A stretch of 64,000 bases of DNA from Christensenellales bacterium (GCA_050948665.1 JBMNEH010000001.1:1807953-1871952); one strand, 5' to 3'. Positions 41,154 through 51,674 are shown, counted from the stretch's first letter. Numbers and translations are program-made. The notes: a model not told the origin generated them from the letters alone.

Positions 41154-42491
41154 ATGAAAATAATCATTACTAATCCCGGACGCATATATGAAGAGCGCCC
41201 ACTGTCTTGGCGTCAGGAAACAGCACCAGCGAAGGCATGCGTTACGCTTACGGAAAAACGGGATCAGACCATGCTGGGCTTCGGTGCGGCATTGACGGAT
41301 TCCGCCTGTATCCAGTTCAACAAACTGGATACAGGTGTACGGGACGAACTTCTGGAAGAAATTTTCTCCCCTGAAAAGATGAATTTCTCGATAGCGCGTA
41401 TTTGTGTCGGCGCCAGCGACTATGCCGCAGTCCCCTACCACTTTGCTCCCGTGGCGGATGACATGGCGATGGAGCACTTCGATGCCTCTCACGATGATAC
41501 CGACTGTATCCCCATTATACGGAAGGCACAGGATTTAAATCCGGATCTGTACATATATTCCTCCCCCTGGTCGCCTCCCGGCTGGATGAAGACCTCCGGC
41601 TCTATGTACGGCGGATGGATGATCGACAGGTATGTAGAAGCTTATGCGAAATATTATCTGAAATTCATTCAGTACTACGCCTCAAAAGGGATCAAAATCT
41701 CAGCAATGACTCCTCAGAATGAGGCAGAAACCGACCAGACCAGCCGTATGCCCGCTTGCCTCTGGCACCCGGACATTGAGGCCCGTTTTATAAAGGTTAT
41801 GCGGAAGCTTTTAGATGAAAACGGCTTGTCTGATATGAAAATCTGGATGATGGATCATAACTTCCTGATGTGGCACCGCATTGTCCATATGCTGAAAGAT
41901 CCGGAACTCAGAGCGGCTGTTGCCGGTACCGCCTGGCATCCCTATGAGGGACATCCGGAAATGGTGGAGTGGGTACGGGAACAATATCCGGAAGGCGAGA
42001 ACCACTGGACGGAAGGGGGTATGCTCCCTTCCCTGTTGGGCGGCATGATAGGCATGATGGGCGGCGGGCGTCCCCGTATTACCGTAGCCAACCTGATGCA
42101 GGGCTTCAATATCGGCATCAACAATGGCATACAGTCAATCACTGTGTGGAACCTGGCGTTGGACGAAGCCGGCTATCCCAATATCGGCCCCTTCGGTTGC
42201 CGAGGCACCGTGGAAATTTCCCGGGACGGGAAGCGCGTCAAGCGCTCCGATGAATACTATGTCATGGGGCATTTCACAAAGTATGTAAAGCGCGGGGCGA
42301 AGCGCGTCGTGCTGGATTGCCATGGGGTGCCCTCCCACTTTGCTGTAGCAGCCTTTGAGAATCCCAACGGGCAGATCGTGGTACAGATAGCCAATACCGA
42401 AACCTTTGACTCCGGTATGACGCTCCGTCTGGGAGACAAGGTTGTTGACCTCTGGGTGCTGCGGGAGTCCGCAAACACCGTTCTGCTGTAA
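41154..42491 (+). CDS. Glycoside hydrolase family 30 (glucosylceramidase-like), no signal peptide
   Basis: GFGAALTD, SPWSPPGWMK, QNE (acid/base), WTE (nucleophile), WNLALD. Confidence 0.9.
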   Translation: MKIIITNPGRIYEERPLSWRQETAPAKACVTLTEKRDQTMLGFGAALTDSACIQFNKLDTGVRDELLEEIFSPEKMNFSIARICVGASDYAAVPYHFAPVADDMAMEHFDASHDDTDCIPIIRKAQDLNPDLYIYSSPWSPPGWMKTSGSMYGGWMIDRYVEAYAKYYLKFIQYYASKGIKISAMTPQNEAETDQTSRMPACLWHPDIEARFIKVMRKLLDENGLSDMKIWMMDHNFLMWHRIVHMLKDPELRAAVAGTAWHPYEGHPEMVEWVREQYPEGENHWTEGGMLPSLLGGMIGMMGGGRPRITVANLMQGFNIGINNGIQSITVWNLALDEAGYPNIGPFGCRGTVEISRDGKRVKRSDEYYVMGHFTKYVKRGAKRVVLDCHGVPSHFAVAAFENPNGQIVVQIANTETFDSGMTLRLGDKVVDLWVLRESANTVLL

Positions 42492-42498
42492 ATTGTCC

Positions 42499-42530
42499 AA
42501 TACCGGCGGGAAGCATCCCGCCGGTATTTT
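42499..42530 (+). terminator. Intrinsic terminator
   Basis: AATACCGGCGGGA-AGCA-TCCCGCCGGTATTTT. Confidence 0.8.
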
Positions 42531-42582
42531 CTTGTTCTTTGGAGTGATATATGTTAAAATCACGGAAATAAGGAGGTACGCC

Positions 42583-43572
42583 ATGCAATTTACAAATCCT
42601 TCTTCCATACCGCAAAGGACACTTTCCGATGGCATTCAAATCCCCGGTATCGGTATGGGAACCTTTGCATCCGACCGTTTTAGCCCGGAAACGGTAGCAA
42701 GCGCAGTTGCCGGGGCCATTGACTGTGGATATCGGCTTTTTGACTGCGCCTCGGTTTACGGAAACGAAGCGCAAATTGGAAATGTGTTTGCCGACGCATA
42801 TACCCGGGGAACGATACGGAGAGATGAACTCTTCATCATATCCAAGCTGTGGAATGACCGTCATAAGCCCGGAGACGTACTGGTAAGCCTGGCGCAGTCC
42901 CTGAAGGATTTGCAGACAGAATATCTCGACGCGTATTTTGTGCATTGGCCTTTCCCCAATTACCATGCCCCAGGCTGTGACGGGGACAGCCGGAACCCGG
43001 ACTCCGTTCCCTTTCACACAGAGGATTATATGGGAGTCTGGCGTCAGATGGAGCGGGTATATGACCTGGGGTTGGTAAAAACGTTGGGCATGTCCAATAT
43101 GACCATTAAAAAGTTGGATTCTTTGTTGCCCCTCTGCCGGGTAAAGCCTACTTTGCTGGAGATGGAACTCCACCCCGCTTTCCAGCAGCCCGCGCTCTTC
43201 GATTACGCGGTGGCTCATGGGATCCAACCCGTAGGTTTCTGCCCATTGGGCTCACCCGGCCGCCCCGCCAGAGATACCGCCCCGGAGGATGTCAATCCCC
43301 TCACACATCCGGTCATTGTGAGAATAGCGCAGGCACACAGAGTACACCCCGCTATTGTCTGCCTGAAGTGGGCAGTCCAGCGCGGACAAATCCCCATCCC
43401 CTTTTCGGTTAAACCAGAGCAGTATACGGAAAACCTACGCTGCGTAACAGTAAATCCGCTTACCACGGAGGAGATGGAAGCCATCCGCGGCATGGATGCC
43501 GGATGCCGCCTTATCAAGGGGCAGGTCTTTCTCTGGCCGGGCGCTACCGACTGGCACGAACTCTGGGACTGA
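42583..43572 (+). CDS. Aldo/keto reductase
   Basis: GMGT, FDCASVYGNE, SKLWN, VHWP, GMSN; AGGAGG RBS. Confidence 0.93.
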   Translation: MQFTNPSSIPQRTLSDGIQIPGIGMGTFASDRFSPETVASAVAGAIDCGYRLFDCASVYGNEAQIGNVFADAYTRGTIRRDELFIISKLWNDRHKPGDVLVSLAQSLKDLQTEYLDAYFVHWPFPNYHAPGCDGDSRNPDSVPFHTEDYMGVWRQMERVYDLGLVKTLGMSNMTIKKLDSLLPLCRVKPTLLEMELHPAFQQPALFDYAVAHGIQPVGFCPLGSPGRPARDTAPEDVNPLTHPVIVRIAQAHRVHPAIVCLKWAVQRGQIPIPFSVKPEQYTENLRCVTVNPLTTEEMEAIRGMDAGCRLIKGQVFLWPGATDWHELWD

Positions 43573-43808
43573 TGCATGTCGGCGCTGTTTGCGGTCACAA
43601 CGTCGCGCACCAGCGCTGCCGTCCCCGAAGGCAAATCCGGTATTCGGAATGCTTGTCTCCTCTCTTTATGCATATGTGCCCGGTTATCCTGCGATAACCG
43701 GGTACAGATTGACATGTCCGAAATGTTAAACCGGCATTAGAAACTATGATTTGCCGAGATAACGGAGCTATCGGATCCTTTGCCGAATCCAATGCGCATC
43801 CGCAAAAA

Positions 43809-43843
43809 ACACCCGCCGGGACTTTATGTCCCCGACGGGTGTT
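43809..43843. terminator. Bidirectional terminator
   Basis: AACACCCGCCGGGAC…GTCCCGACGGGTGTT. Confidence 0.7.
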
Positions 43844-43891
43844 CTATTTCTTCCTCATACGGTTATCACGCTTCGAAGCGCGGAGGCTGAC

Positions 43892-45379
43892 TCAGCACCC
43901 CTGTATGGTCATAAAGGTATGAGCGGGCAGTTCAAAAAGTTTTTCCGCGCGAATGGCGGGCGCGGCAGCCATTGAGACGTTATCATCGGTCTTCCACACT
44001 CTGAAAGCCATAGCCGGCGCGTTGTACAGCGCCACCTGCTCCGCTGTATCGGTGGTATTCATCAAAACAACCACGGGCACACCGTCTTGGTTCAGCCAGC
44101 CGCTGGCCAGTATGCCATCCTCAGCATCTCCGCCGGTCAGGCCGACACGTACGGAACCGGGGCGGAGGAATCTGGCATAGTGCCCCATCGCCCAAAGGAT
44201 CTTACTATCATGGACACCAGTGACCTCCAGCGTCTCCCTATCTACATCCAGGTATACCAAGCCGTCTTTATAATCTCCGGCAGTGATACCCAGCCACCAT
44301 TGCCAGGCGGAGGCGTTGGCAATCGTCAGATCTGCGTGGATAGTCTTGGCTACATATTCTCCGGCTGCCATTGTAAAATCCCGTTTGGGGCCGTACTCAC
44401 CCAATACGCAAAATTCCGTCATCCAAAAGTCATAGCCGGGATACCGGGCGCGGTTCTCATTCAGGCATTCCCGGACGGGCTTCAATTTCCCGGGAGTATC
44501 TGTACCGTAGGAATGAGCGGCAATAATGGGAGAAACCGCTGCCCTCACGTCCTCACGGACAAAGAAGTCCTTAATGACTTCATTGTACTTTCCACCGAAG
44601 CGATAACCGAATTTTTCCGTCTTTTCACCATCGTTAATCACGGCCCGCTCAGGATAGAACCGTGTCAGTATACCGTCAAGTAAATCCTCGTCCAGCAGGT
44701 GGAGCAAAGTGTTGCACTCCGGTACAAGGATACCAGCTTTTACGCCCTTCTCATCCAATGCCTTCCGCAGTGCCAACACAACCGGCACCATGTCTTTGTT
44801 CTCATACCGGCACCCCTCCTGCTTCGCTGTATTCCAAGGCACCGCCGGTTCATTTATCGGGCTGATATAATCAAAAGGATAGCCGATTTCCTCAAAATGA
44901 CGCATTACCTCCGTCAGGAACTCAGCAAATGCTCCTGCCATCTCCGGCCTCAGGTTACTCGTCCCCTGATAGTCCGAGTCCGCCCGGCAATGACCGTTCA
45001 CCGTCATCCAGGCCGGAGGACTGTTTACAAACGCAATGAAGCGCTCACAGCCCATTTCCTTCGCCCGGCGAACCAACCACTGTTGACCGGCGTGTTGACT
45101 CCAGTCAAACTCCGTCCCCGGCTTCATTTGAAAACAACCGGAGCGTGTCGCTACAGAGCCGATAAACTCTTTATCATATTCCGTGGAGCCACCGCCGATA
45201 TTCATCCGCACACAACTGAGTCCGGCGCCCTTCTTCTTGTGAAAAAGCAGCTCTGCTGCCTTCTCCATGATTTCCGGTGAGGCGTGTTCATAGGCAACAT
45301 CTGTCCACCAGCAAGCAGAGGCACCAAAATTGTCCAGTGTCTGATACCGGGTGTTCATGTCGAAAATCAGGTTTCTCAT
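43892..45379 (-). CDS. Glycoside hydrolase family 30 (beta-1,6-galactanase/xylanase-like subfamily)
   Basis: NFGASACW, RMNIGGG, NSPPAWMT, PINEP, WMTE, AWQWW. Confidence 0.88.
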   Translation of the reverse strand: MRNLIFDMNTRYQTLDNFGASACWWTDVAYEHASPEIMEKAAELLFHKKKGAGLSCVRMNIGGGSTEYDKEFIGSVATRSGCFQMKPGTEFDWSQHAGQQWLVRRAKEMGCERFIAFVNSPPAWMTVNGHCRADSDYQGTSNLRPEMAGAFAEFLTEVMRHFEEIGYPFDYISPINEPAVPWNTAKQEGCRYENKDMVPVVLALRKALDEKGVKAGILVPECNTLLHLLDEDLLDGILTRFYPERAVINDGEKTEKFGYRFGGKYNEVIKDFFVREDVRAAVSPIIAAHSYGTDTPGKLKPVRECLNENRARYPGYDFWMTEFCVLGEYGPKRDFTMAAGEYVAKTIHADLTIANASAWQWWLGITAGDYKDGLVYLDVDRETLEVTGVHDSKILWAMGHYARFLRPGSVRVGLTGGDAEDGILASGWLNQDGVPVVVLMNTTDTAEQVALYNAPAMAFRVWKTDDNVSMAAAPAIRAEKLFELPAHTFMTIQGC

Positions 45380-45421
45380 CCGATCCTCCTATAAGCGTTT
45401 TATTTATTGTAGCAGGACCCC

Positions 45422-46312
45422 CTATTCCCCGCAAGAAACGAATTGCCCAAAGATAGGGGATGACCATGCATGACATCCACGAATATCCGTGATCCGTACC
45501 CGGACAAAGCTCTCTCCGTTCATGGTATACGCACTTTCCATAATATCGGTACCCTCCCGGGTCCGTCCCGATACCCAGCATTTATCCGAGAAGAACATCA
45601 CCTGCGCGACAGGACTGGTACGGATACGCAACGTATCTCCCTCAAGGGCAATCTCGCGGAAAACCGGGCCTTGCGAAGCATAAATTTGTCCCCCACGCAT
45701 TGCCTTCATCAGCGCCTGCCGGGTACAGTCGGAGGCAGCAACCATTGTCCAGCTTTTCGCCAAATCGTGGACATAGAAATGCGCATCATCGTTGGCGCAG
45801 AGGGGAAAGCGGCAACCCCTTGAAAAAGCACCATCCAGAATCGCAGAGGCGTCCCCCCGCTGGGCATTGTAAGGCGGCTCCGAAATGGAGTTAAACACTT
45901 CAACCGCATCCGCCTCCGGATACGCCATCAATGTCTCCGCTGTGTTCAAAGACCAAGCGGGATGGGCAAAAATCACACATCCTCCACAGGCATGGGCAAT
46001 ACGGATCCCCTCATGAGGAGAAACAAGCGCATGTTGCAACTCATCCGGGGAGAAACTCCTCTCCAGACCCACCGCCACCAAGTGGATCACCTCATGGGGA
46101 TAGGTATAGTCCAGCTCAATACCGTTCAACACAAGGGGTGAGCCCGACAGTGTGTCATAACATTTCCTGTGGTCGGTGATGCACAGAGCGTCATAACCCC
46201 GCTCCCCATACAAACGAATTGCCTCCTCTGGAGTAACATTCCCGTCGCTTCGGGTCGTATGTGTATGGAAATTCACTTTCCATTGAGGTATCGTATCGGA
46301 AAACAGTATCAC
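45422..46312 (-). CDS. PHP-domain metallohydrolase (CehA/McbA-like)
   Basis: HTHTTRSDG, ITDH, AHP, VEVFN, NDDAH, YASQGP. Confidence 0.88.
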   Translation of the reverse strand: MILFSDTIPQWKVNFHTHTTRSDGNVTPEEAIRLYGERGYDALCITDHRKCYDTLSGSPLVLNGIELDYTYPHEVIHLVAVGLERSFSPDELQHALVSPHEGIRIAHACGGCVIFAHPAWSLNTAETLMAYPEADAVEVFNSISEPPYNAQRGDASAILDGAFSRGCRFPLCANDDAHFYVHDLAKSWTMVAASDCTRQALMKAMRGGQIYASQGPVFREIALEGDTLRIRTSPVAQVMFFSDKCWVSGRTREGTDIMESAYTMNGESFVRVRITDIRGCHAWSSPIFGQFVSCGE

Positions 46313-47667
46313 GCGAACACCTCGGGACGATTTTTCTTAATCACTTCCAACGTTCTGGCGGCGATGTCGGTAAAGGTAATGGGATCAAATCCAGAAACCT
46401 GGGAATACATGGTGTCCTGCAGGGGCGCTGCCCACTTCTCCGGAACTTCTCCCAGCCAGGCCCCCATGATAGAGCCCACTGTAGCTCCATTACAGTCGGT
46501 ATCCCAACCACAGAGCACAGACGTCGTGATCGCTTTTTCATAGTCCCCGCCCGATGACAGCAGAGCGGCAGCGCACAGCGAGGCGTTGTTTATGGTATGA
46601 ACACCGTTGTAATTCCCCCACGCGTCCCATAACCGGTCACAGAGAACCTCCGGATTCTGTTCCTCCTCCGCCCAAGAAAGCGTGTCCTCAATCGCTTCAT
46701 ATAGCCGGGAGCGCTTCGGCACAACCTTCAGACCGGTTTCAACAATCTCCCGGGCAGAGTTTGCCGTAAAAGCGGCAGCGATCATTGCGGCGCAAAACAT
46801 AGCGCCGTACACGCCGTTGCGTACATGAGAAAGCTCCGCATCCCGGCGGGCAAGCTCCGCCGCCAACGCGGGGTCGCCTGCCCCGGCATAGCCATAGGCA
46901 TCCACCCGGATCTGCGCTCCTATCCACTCCCTATAAGGGTTCCTCCAACTGCGGACCCAGTCCAGCTTTTCCGCGGCATCCTCCGGCTCGTCCCCCTTTA
47001 TGTGGCTGGTCACAGCCGCAAAATTTAAATATGCTTGCGTTTCCGCCGTACAGACCTGTCCGTAGGTCAGCCTTGCGTGCCAGTTCTTCCCTACATCCCA
47101 TGTGGAGAAGGAAAACCCTTTTTCCTCCAGCAGCGCTAGCCCCAGTACCGTATACCGGACATCATCATCCGATTCCATAAAACAAATATTTTCCCGCCAG
47201 CTCCGGGGGCACCGGACAAGCAAGCCATCCGCTTCCGCCCGACTGTGACCCGGGGTATAGCTGGTTATGGGGTAGGCATCCGCGTCGGCAAACCACTTCC
47301 GCACATTTTCCCATCCCCGGCGCCCAAGGCCCCCGTTCATATACATGCCAATCTCTACAGGTTTCCCCAAAGCGCATCCTGCCGCGCGGCCCACCCATGC
47401 GGCATATAACTTCTGAAACAGTGTTCCTGTACAGAGCTTCTTCGGCGCCGGCCTCTCCGCTTCCCGCCAGACCTCCTCCCCCGCAACCGGTTCCATATAA
47501 GGAAAATCCGGCCGCAAAGGCAGCCTCATAAGCTGGTCATACGCGTGATTAAAACTATCATCGTCCTCTGTTTCGGGAATCCAAGCGCCTGAAACGTCCC
47601 TGCCCTCCTCCTTCAACTGCTGCAATTCCTCATAGAACAATTCTCGTAAAGCATCCCAACCAGCCAT
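46309..47667 (-). CDS. ADP-ribosylglycohydrolase family protein
   Basis: GCALGKPVE, SDDD, REWIGAQIR, SHVRNGVYG, GWDTDCNGATVGS. Confidence 0.9.
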   Translation of the reverse strand: MAGWDALRELFYEELQQLKEEGRDVSGAWIPETEDDDSFNHAYDQLMRLPLRPDFPYMEPVAGEEVWREAERPAPKKLCTGTLFQKLYAAWVGRAAGCALGKPVEIGMYMNGGLGRRGWENVRKWFADADAYPITSYTPGHSRAEADGLLVRCPRSWRENICFMESDDDVRYTVLGLALLEEKGFSFSTWDVGKNWHARLTYGQVCTAETQAYLNFAAVTSHIKGDEPEDAAEKLDWVRSWRNPYREWIGAQIRVDAYGYAGAGDPALAAELARRDAELSHVRNGVYGAMFCAAMIAAAFTANSAREIVETGLKVVPKRSRLYEAIEDTLSWAEEEQNPEVLCDRLWDAWGNYNGVHTINNASLCAAALLSSGGDYEKAITTSVLCGWDTDCNGATVGSIMGAWLGEVPEKWAAPLQDTMYSQVSGFDPITFTDIAARTLEVIKKNRPEVFA

Positions 47668-47785
47668 TTATACTATACCTCCATTATAATAGATTCTCCG
47701 AAGAACCCTCCCCTCCTGCCGCTTCTTGTTAGCCCCAGCCGCATATGGTATGATACATCTGGATTCATAGTATCGGAGGGTCATA

Positions 47786-48637
47786 ATGCGGCAAGATGGA
47801 AAAAAAGTAAAAAATCTGTCCGGACTCATGTATATTGTGCCTTATATCATGGAGCATCGGCATGATGCGCAGAACCTCATTCGTCAAACAATAGATCTGG
47901 ATCACCTTCACACATACCTACGGGATGTAAAAAGCAGGGGGCACCATATGTCTACCTTCACCTTGATCATTGCGGCATATCTGCGCACGGTTTCCCAACT
48001 CCCCTATCTGAACAGGTTTGTCATTAACCGGAAAATTTACGCCAGAAACAGGTTCTCCGTTTCCTATGTGGTGCTCAAGGAACCCACCGGCGCTCCCAAC
48101 GAGGACGTGCAAACAAATGTAAAAACATATTTTGAACTGACAGATACCATATTTGATGTGGACAGGAAAATCCGGGAGGATGTGCATAGAAACCGCCAGC
48201 AGTCCAACCGGAACAAAACCGATAACCTGATACGGAAAATTATGACTGTCCCGCTGCTGCCGCGCCTGATAGTCAGCCTGCTGAAAGCAATGGATAACTG
48301 GGGCTGGATGCCCAAATCCGTACTGGAGGCAAGCCCCTTCCATACCGGGTTGTTCATATCCAACCTTGCCAGTATTCGCACCAATTATATCTATCACCAT
48401 TTGTACGACTTCGGTTCTACAAGCATTTTCGTTGCCATGGGCAATCCCGTTCGCAGACTGGAAATGGTAGACGGAAAGGTAACTCAAAAAAAATATCTTC
48501 CTCTTGGTATCGTCACGGACGAACGGATCTGCTCGGGTCATGATTATGCTATGGCTTTCCGCGAGTTCGAAAAATACATCCGCAACCCGTGGTTATTGGA
48601 GACCCCGCCGGAAAAGGTCTTCTATGATGAAACATAG
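47786..48637 (+). CDS. Stand-alone 2-oxoacid dehydrogenase acyltransferase (E2/CAT-like) domain protein
   Basis: PYLNRF, FISNLASI, TDERICSG; no lipoyl domain. Confidence 0.75.
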   Translation: MRQDGKKVKNLSGLMYIVPYIMEHRHDAQNLIRQTIDLDHLHTYLRDVKSRGHHMSTFTLIIAAYLRTVSQLPYLNRFVINRKIYARNRFSVSYVVLKEPTGAPNEDVQTNVKTYFELTDTIFDVDRKIREDVHRNRQQSNRNKTDNLIRKIMTVPLLPRLIVSLLKAMDNWGWMPKSVLEASPFHTGLFISNLASIRTNYIYHHLYDFGSTSIFVAMGNPVRRLEMVDGKVTQKKYLPLGIVTDERICSGHDYAMAFREFEKYIRNPWLLETPPEKVFYDET

Positions 48638-48676
48638 GACACGCCCTGCAGAAGCGGAATCCTGCAACAAATCCTC

Positions 48677-48720
48677 AAAATCCCCTCTCCCGCCTCTTGC
48701 GTGGGAGATCGGGGATTTTT
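48677..48720. terminator. Probable bidirectional terminator
   Basis: AAAATCCCC…GGGGATTTTT inverted repeat. Confidence 0.65.
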
Positions 48721-48930
48721 CACATTCCTGTACGTTTCCGTTGTTATGTAAAATCCGGTCGACCGGTGCAAAGTCCGTGTTTTCGGTGTGTTGGATATGC
48801 CGCATTTCCCTTTCGATCCGCTTACGGCAATGAGCCATTTCGACGGTTCAATATTTCGAAAACACCACAAGCCGCGAAAAAGTGGCCGGAGCAAAATACT
48901 CCGGCCGATCTCAGACGCCTTCTAAGTGAC

Positions 48931-49791
48931 CTAAATATGCTTCCGAATATACTCCAGTATCAACTCATGAAGGCGGACACTCCAGAATGGGCCTTCATGG
49001 GGTGCATCTTCCACACATATCATGGACGCGGAATACCCGTTTTCTTTCAGTTTTTTGTACATTTCCGTTCCCTGCGAATAAGGAACAACAGGATCTGCGC
49101 TTCCATGGATCAACAAAACGGGGGGGAAGTCCTTCCCGGGAGTGACATAGCTTACAGGGCTCATTCTCTCCAGCACATCTATATGCTCCATTACCGGACC
49201 GCCGCATAGTTCATAGAACAGCGCGCCGGGAACGTCCTGTTCGGGAGTGTAGAGGGGTTTTGCCATGCCGGGAAGATTGGTCGGGCCAAAGCACTCTACC
49301 ACACAGTTTACCTTGGAATCCACCTCCAGGTTTTCCCCCACATCAAACTGCTTTTCGTCGCCGGTGACCGCCACCAGCAACGCCGTGTTCCCTCCGGAAG
49401 AAGTACCCCAAAAGCAGATATGTGCCGGGTCAATATGATAGGTCTCCGCGTTCGCCTTCAAAAAGCGTATTGCGGATTTCGTGTCCTCCAAGAAAGCCGG
49501 GAAGGGATTCCCCTCTAAGGCATTACGATGGGTCAGCGTTGCGACAACAAAACCCGCCTGTGCGTACCGGGAAAGCTGGGGGATCTCATAGTTCACATTG
49601 GGAAATGTCCAGGCGCTGCCTTGGAGGAAAACGATCAGCGGATACCTCCGCATGTCCCCCTCAAAAGTCCAGGGGCGTATAATCTGCATTTTCAGTTCTT
49701 TTCCGTCGGGGGCGGCAAATACTACGTCGGGACAAATTTCCGCCAGATGCTCCATCAAGGGATCTTGGGGAATGGTCAGAATTTCCTTCAT
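48931..49791 (-). CDS. Alpha/beta hydrolase (BD-FAE-like esterase)
   Basis: QGSAW, GTSSGG nucleophile elbow, HGSADPVVP, APH. Confidence 0.9.
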   Translation of the reverse strand: MKEILTIPQDPLMEHLAEICPDVVFAAPDGKELKMQIIRPWTFEGDMRRYPLIVFLQGSAWTFPNVNYEIPQLSRYAQAGFVVATLTHRNALEGNPFPAFLEDTKSAIRFLKANAETYHIDPAHICFWGTSSGGNTALLVAVTGDEKQFDVGENLEVDSKVNCVVECFGPTNLPGMAKPLYTPEQDVPGALFYELCGGPVMEHIDVLERMSPVSYVTPGKDFPPVLLIHGSADPVVPYSQGTEMYKKLKENGYSASMICVEDAPHEGPFWSVRLHELILEYIRKHI

Positions 49792-49813
49792 ATTTTATTA
49801 CCTCCAAATACGT

Positions 49814-50545
49814 TTATGCCGCCACATAGCCCCTAAAGAACGGCAACAGGAAGTTGCTATCCAAAAAGAGCCGGCAGCAAACCGAATCATCCACCAAATC
49901 ATAAATAATGGCAATCGGCAGATAGCTTTGCACCACCGGTAACAGCAGAAACAGCACGTTTAAAAGCACGTAGCCGGTGGCCAGGCCCATCACCGCGCCG
50001 GCAGGCCCGTCCAGTATCCGTAGTTTGGGAAAACGAAACACACTGTCACATCCCCGGATAATCAGAACGCTGACGGTAAAAGCCAAGGCATAAACCGCAG
50101 TGAAGCTCACAAGGTTGATCGTCATGTGAGCAACCGTGTAACTCAGATAATGCCCCAATGTCTCAGCTCCGAACGGGGCAAATATCGCATGCTCCACGTT
50201 TTCCGTGAAGACCCTCGCAAGGTGAGCCGGCAGGGGCATCATCGGATCCGTCCATTCCCCGGCGGTAATTCTCTCCAGCAGTACAGAGGATACCTTTCCG
50301 GCACGAAGACCGGAAACTCGGATCCCGCCCAGCATTTCTGACCCTTCCGCATAATAGAGAAGCTGTTTGAGTATCTCTCCATCACTAGCTATGCTCCGAG
50401 CGGTCAGCCCGAAGAAAAGCGCGGCAATCAAAAGGCATACCAGTCCAGCGGCGGACATGGAGGTTGCTCGAATCAACCCCTGGTACCAGCCCACAAGCGC
50501 CATCAGTGTCAAAAAGCCGAGTACCGCCAAGTCAATCAAATTCAT
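49814..50545 (-). CDS. CvpA (colicin V production) family membrane protein
   Basis: N-terminal IDL…GWYQGLI and LDGPAGAVMG motifs. Confidence 0.75.
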   Translation of the reverse strand: MNLIDLAVLGFLTLMALVGWYQGLIRATSMSAAGLVCLLIAALFFGLTARSIASDGEILKQLLYYAEGSEMLGGIRVSGLRAGKVSSVLLERITAGEWTDPMMPLPAHLARVFTENVEHAIFAPFGAETLGHYLSYTVAHMTINLVSFTAVYALAFTVSVLIIRGCDSVFRFPKLRILDGPAGAVMGLATGYVLLNVLFLLLPVVQSYLPIAIIYDLVDDSVCCRLFLDSNFLLPFFRGYVAA

Positions 50546-50546
50546 G

Positions 50547-51674
50547 TCAATCCCCCGGTTTCATACAGGAGAAAACACCGTTATCCTGCCGGGCTACCAG
50601 AGCATGTATACCCTCCAAGCTGATAAGCTCCTGAATAGGCTGCGGAGCGACGAAGCTGTTCTTTACTTTTCCGGTAAAGGTGAGGACTTCATACCTGGCC
50701 TGGTCGGCGGCAATAATAAATTTTCTTTCCAGCGCTGCCCAACGTATCCCAACGGATACATCAAAGACATTATCCGTAACAGTTGTCCCATCCATTCTCA
50801 GGTAACGCAGCTTGCCCAGCGGCGCCTTCTCCGCAGAAAGTCCCGCCGGCGCCATAACCAGCTCCAACACGCCTTCATTGCAGGCTCCGTCCAGCCTTTC
50901 CCAGCCGTACACACCGGTTTTTTGAATCAGATTGCCCGCCAGATCATACAGGTAGAGATTGTCCGTACCCAAAAGGTACACGGTATTAATTCCTGCATAA
51001 CAATCCGTGATCACATCATTGGAAACGGTGATTGTCACAAGCAAGGACTGTCCGGGGTGAAACACTTTCAGGTGGCTTGTCACCTGATTATAGAACACGT
51101 CCGTTACCGCAGCCCACAAATAGGAGCTGTTCTCTCCAAAAAAACGCATGGCGTTTACGGCTTGATCCGGAAATTGAATTTTCTGTATTAAACTTCCGCT
51201 GACAGCTTTATAAATGTAAATATCCCGCTGCCCATTCTCCTCGCAAAGCAAGGCAAAAGAATCCGAACCGCAGGCCATCGCCTCTACTCTTCCCGGAGGA
51301 GACATATGCTGGAGCAGCGTACCGGCTGAGTTGAACACAATAACCCGCTGATCGGACCATACTGCGGTCAGACTTTCACTGGCAGCTGCTCGGCTGCCGG
51401 TCTCTGGCAGAGCAATACTCCAGATATCCTCAAAGGCATCGCTCTTCCGCGTCAGTACCGTGCCATCCACCACGATCAAGCCATTTGGGGTCGAAAAAAT
51501 AGCGGCGTCTTCTTCCTGGGTAGTAAAGGTGATGCCGTCCTGCGGAAAGGGAATCGGGCGAAAAAAAAGAAAATATACCAAAGCGATCACGCCCACCAGC
51601 AACACCAGCAGTATCGCAAGGAGCAGTCCGTTGCTGTTGTTTCGAGGGCCTCCGGAGGGCTTGCGTATCGACAT
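50547..51674 (-). CDS. Membrane-anchored beta-rich hypothetical protein (DUF5711-like)
   Basis: Single N-terminal TM then propeller-like repeats; GGGAGG RBS; TTGCAA-17-TATAAT promoter upstream; adjacent to CvpA. Confidence 0.65.
   Translation of the reverse strand: MSIRKPSGGPRNNSNGLLLAILLVLLVGVIALVYFLFFRPIPFPQDGITFTTQEEDAAIFSTPNGLIVVDGTVLTRKSDAFEDIWSIALPETGSRAAASESLTAVWSDQRVIVFNSAGTLLQHMSPPGRVEAMACGSDSFALLCEENGQRDIYIYKAVSGSLIQKIQFPDQAVNAMRFFGENSSYLWAAVTDVFYNQVTSHLKVFHPGQSLLVTITVSNDVITDCYAGINTVYLLGTDNLYLYDLAGNLIQKTGVYGWERLDGACNEGVLELVMAPAGLSAEKAPLGKLRYLRMDGTTVTDNVFDVSVGIRWAALERKFIIAADQARYEVLTFTGKVKNSFVAPQPIQELISLEGIHALVARQDNGVFSCMKPGD

Noticed and set aside
43676-43707. Palindrome TGTGCCCGGTTATC…GATAACCGGGTACA as MITE or REP element
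   Set aside because: Single copy in the window, no target-site duplication; probably an extra terminator hairpin
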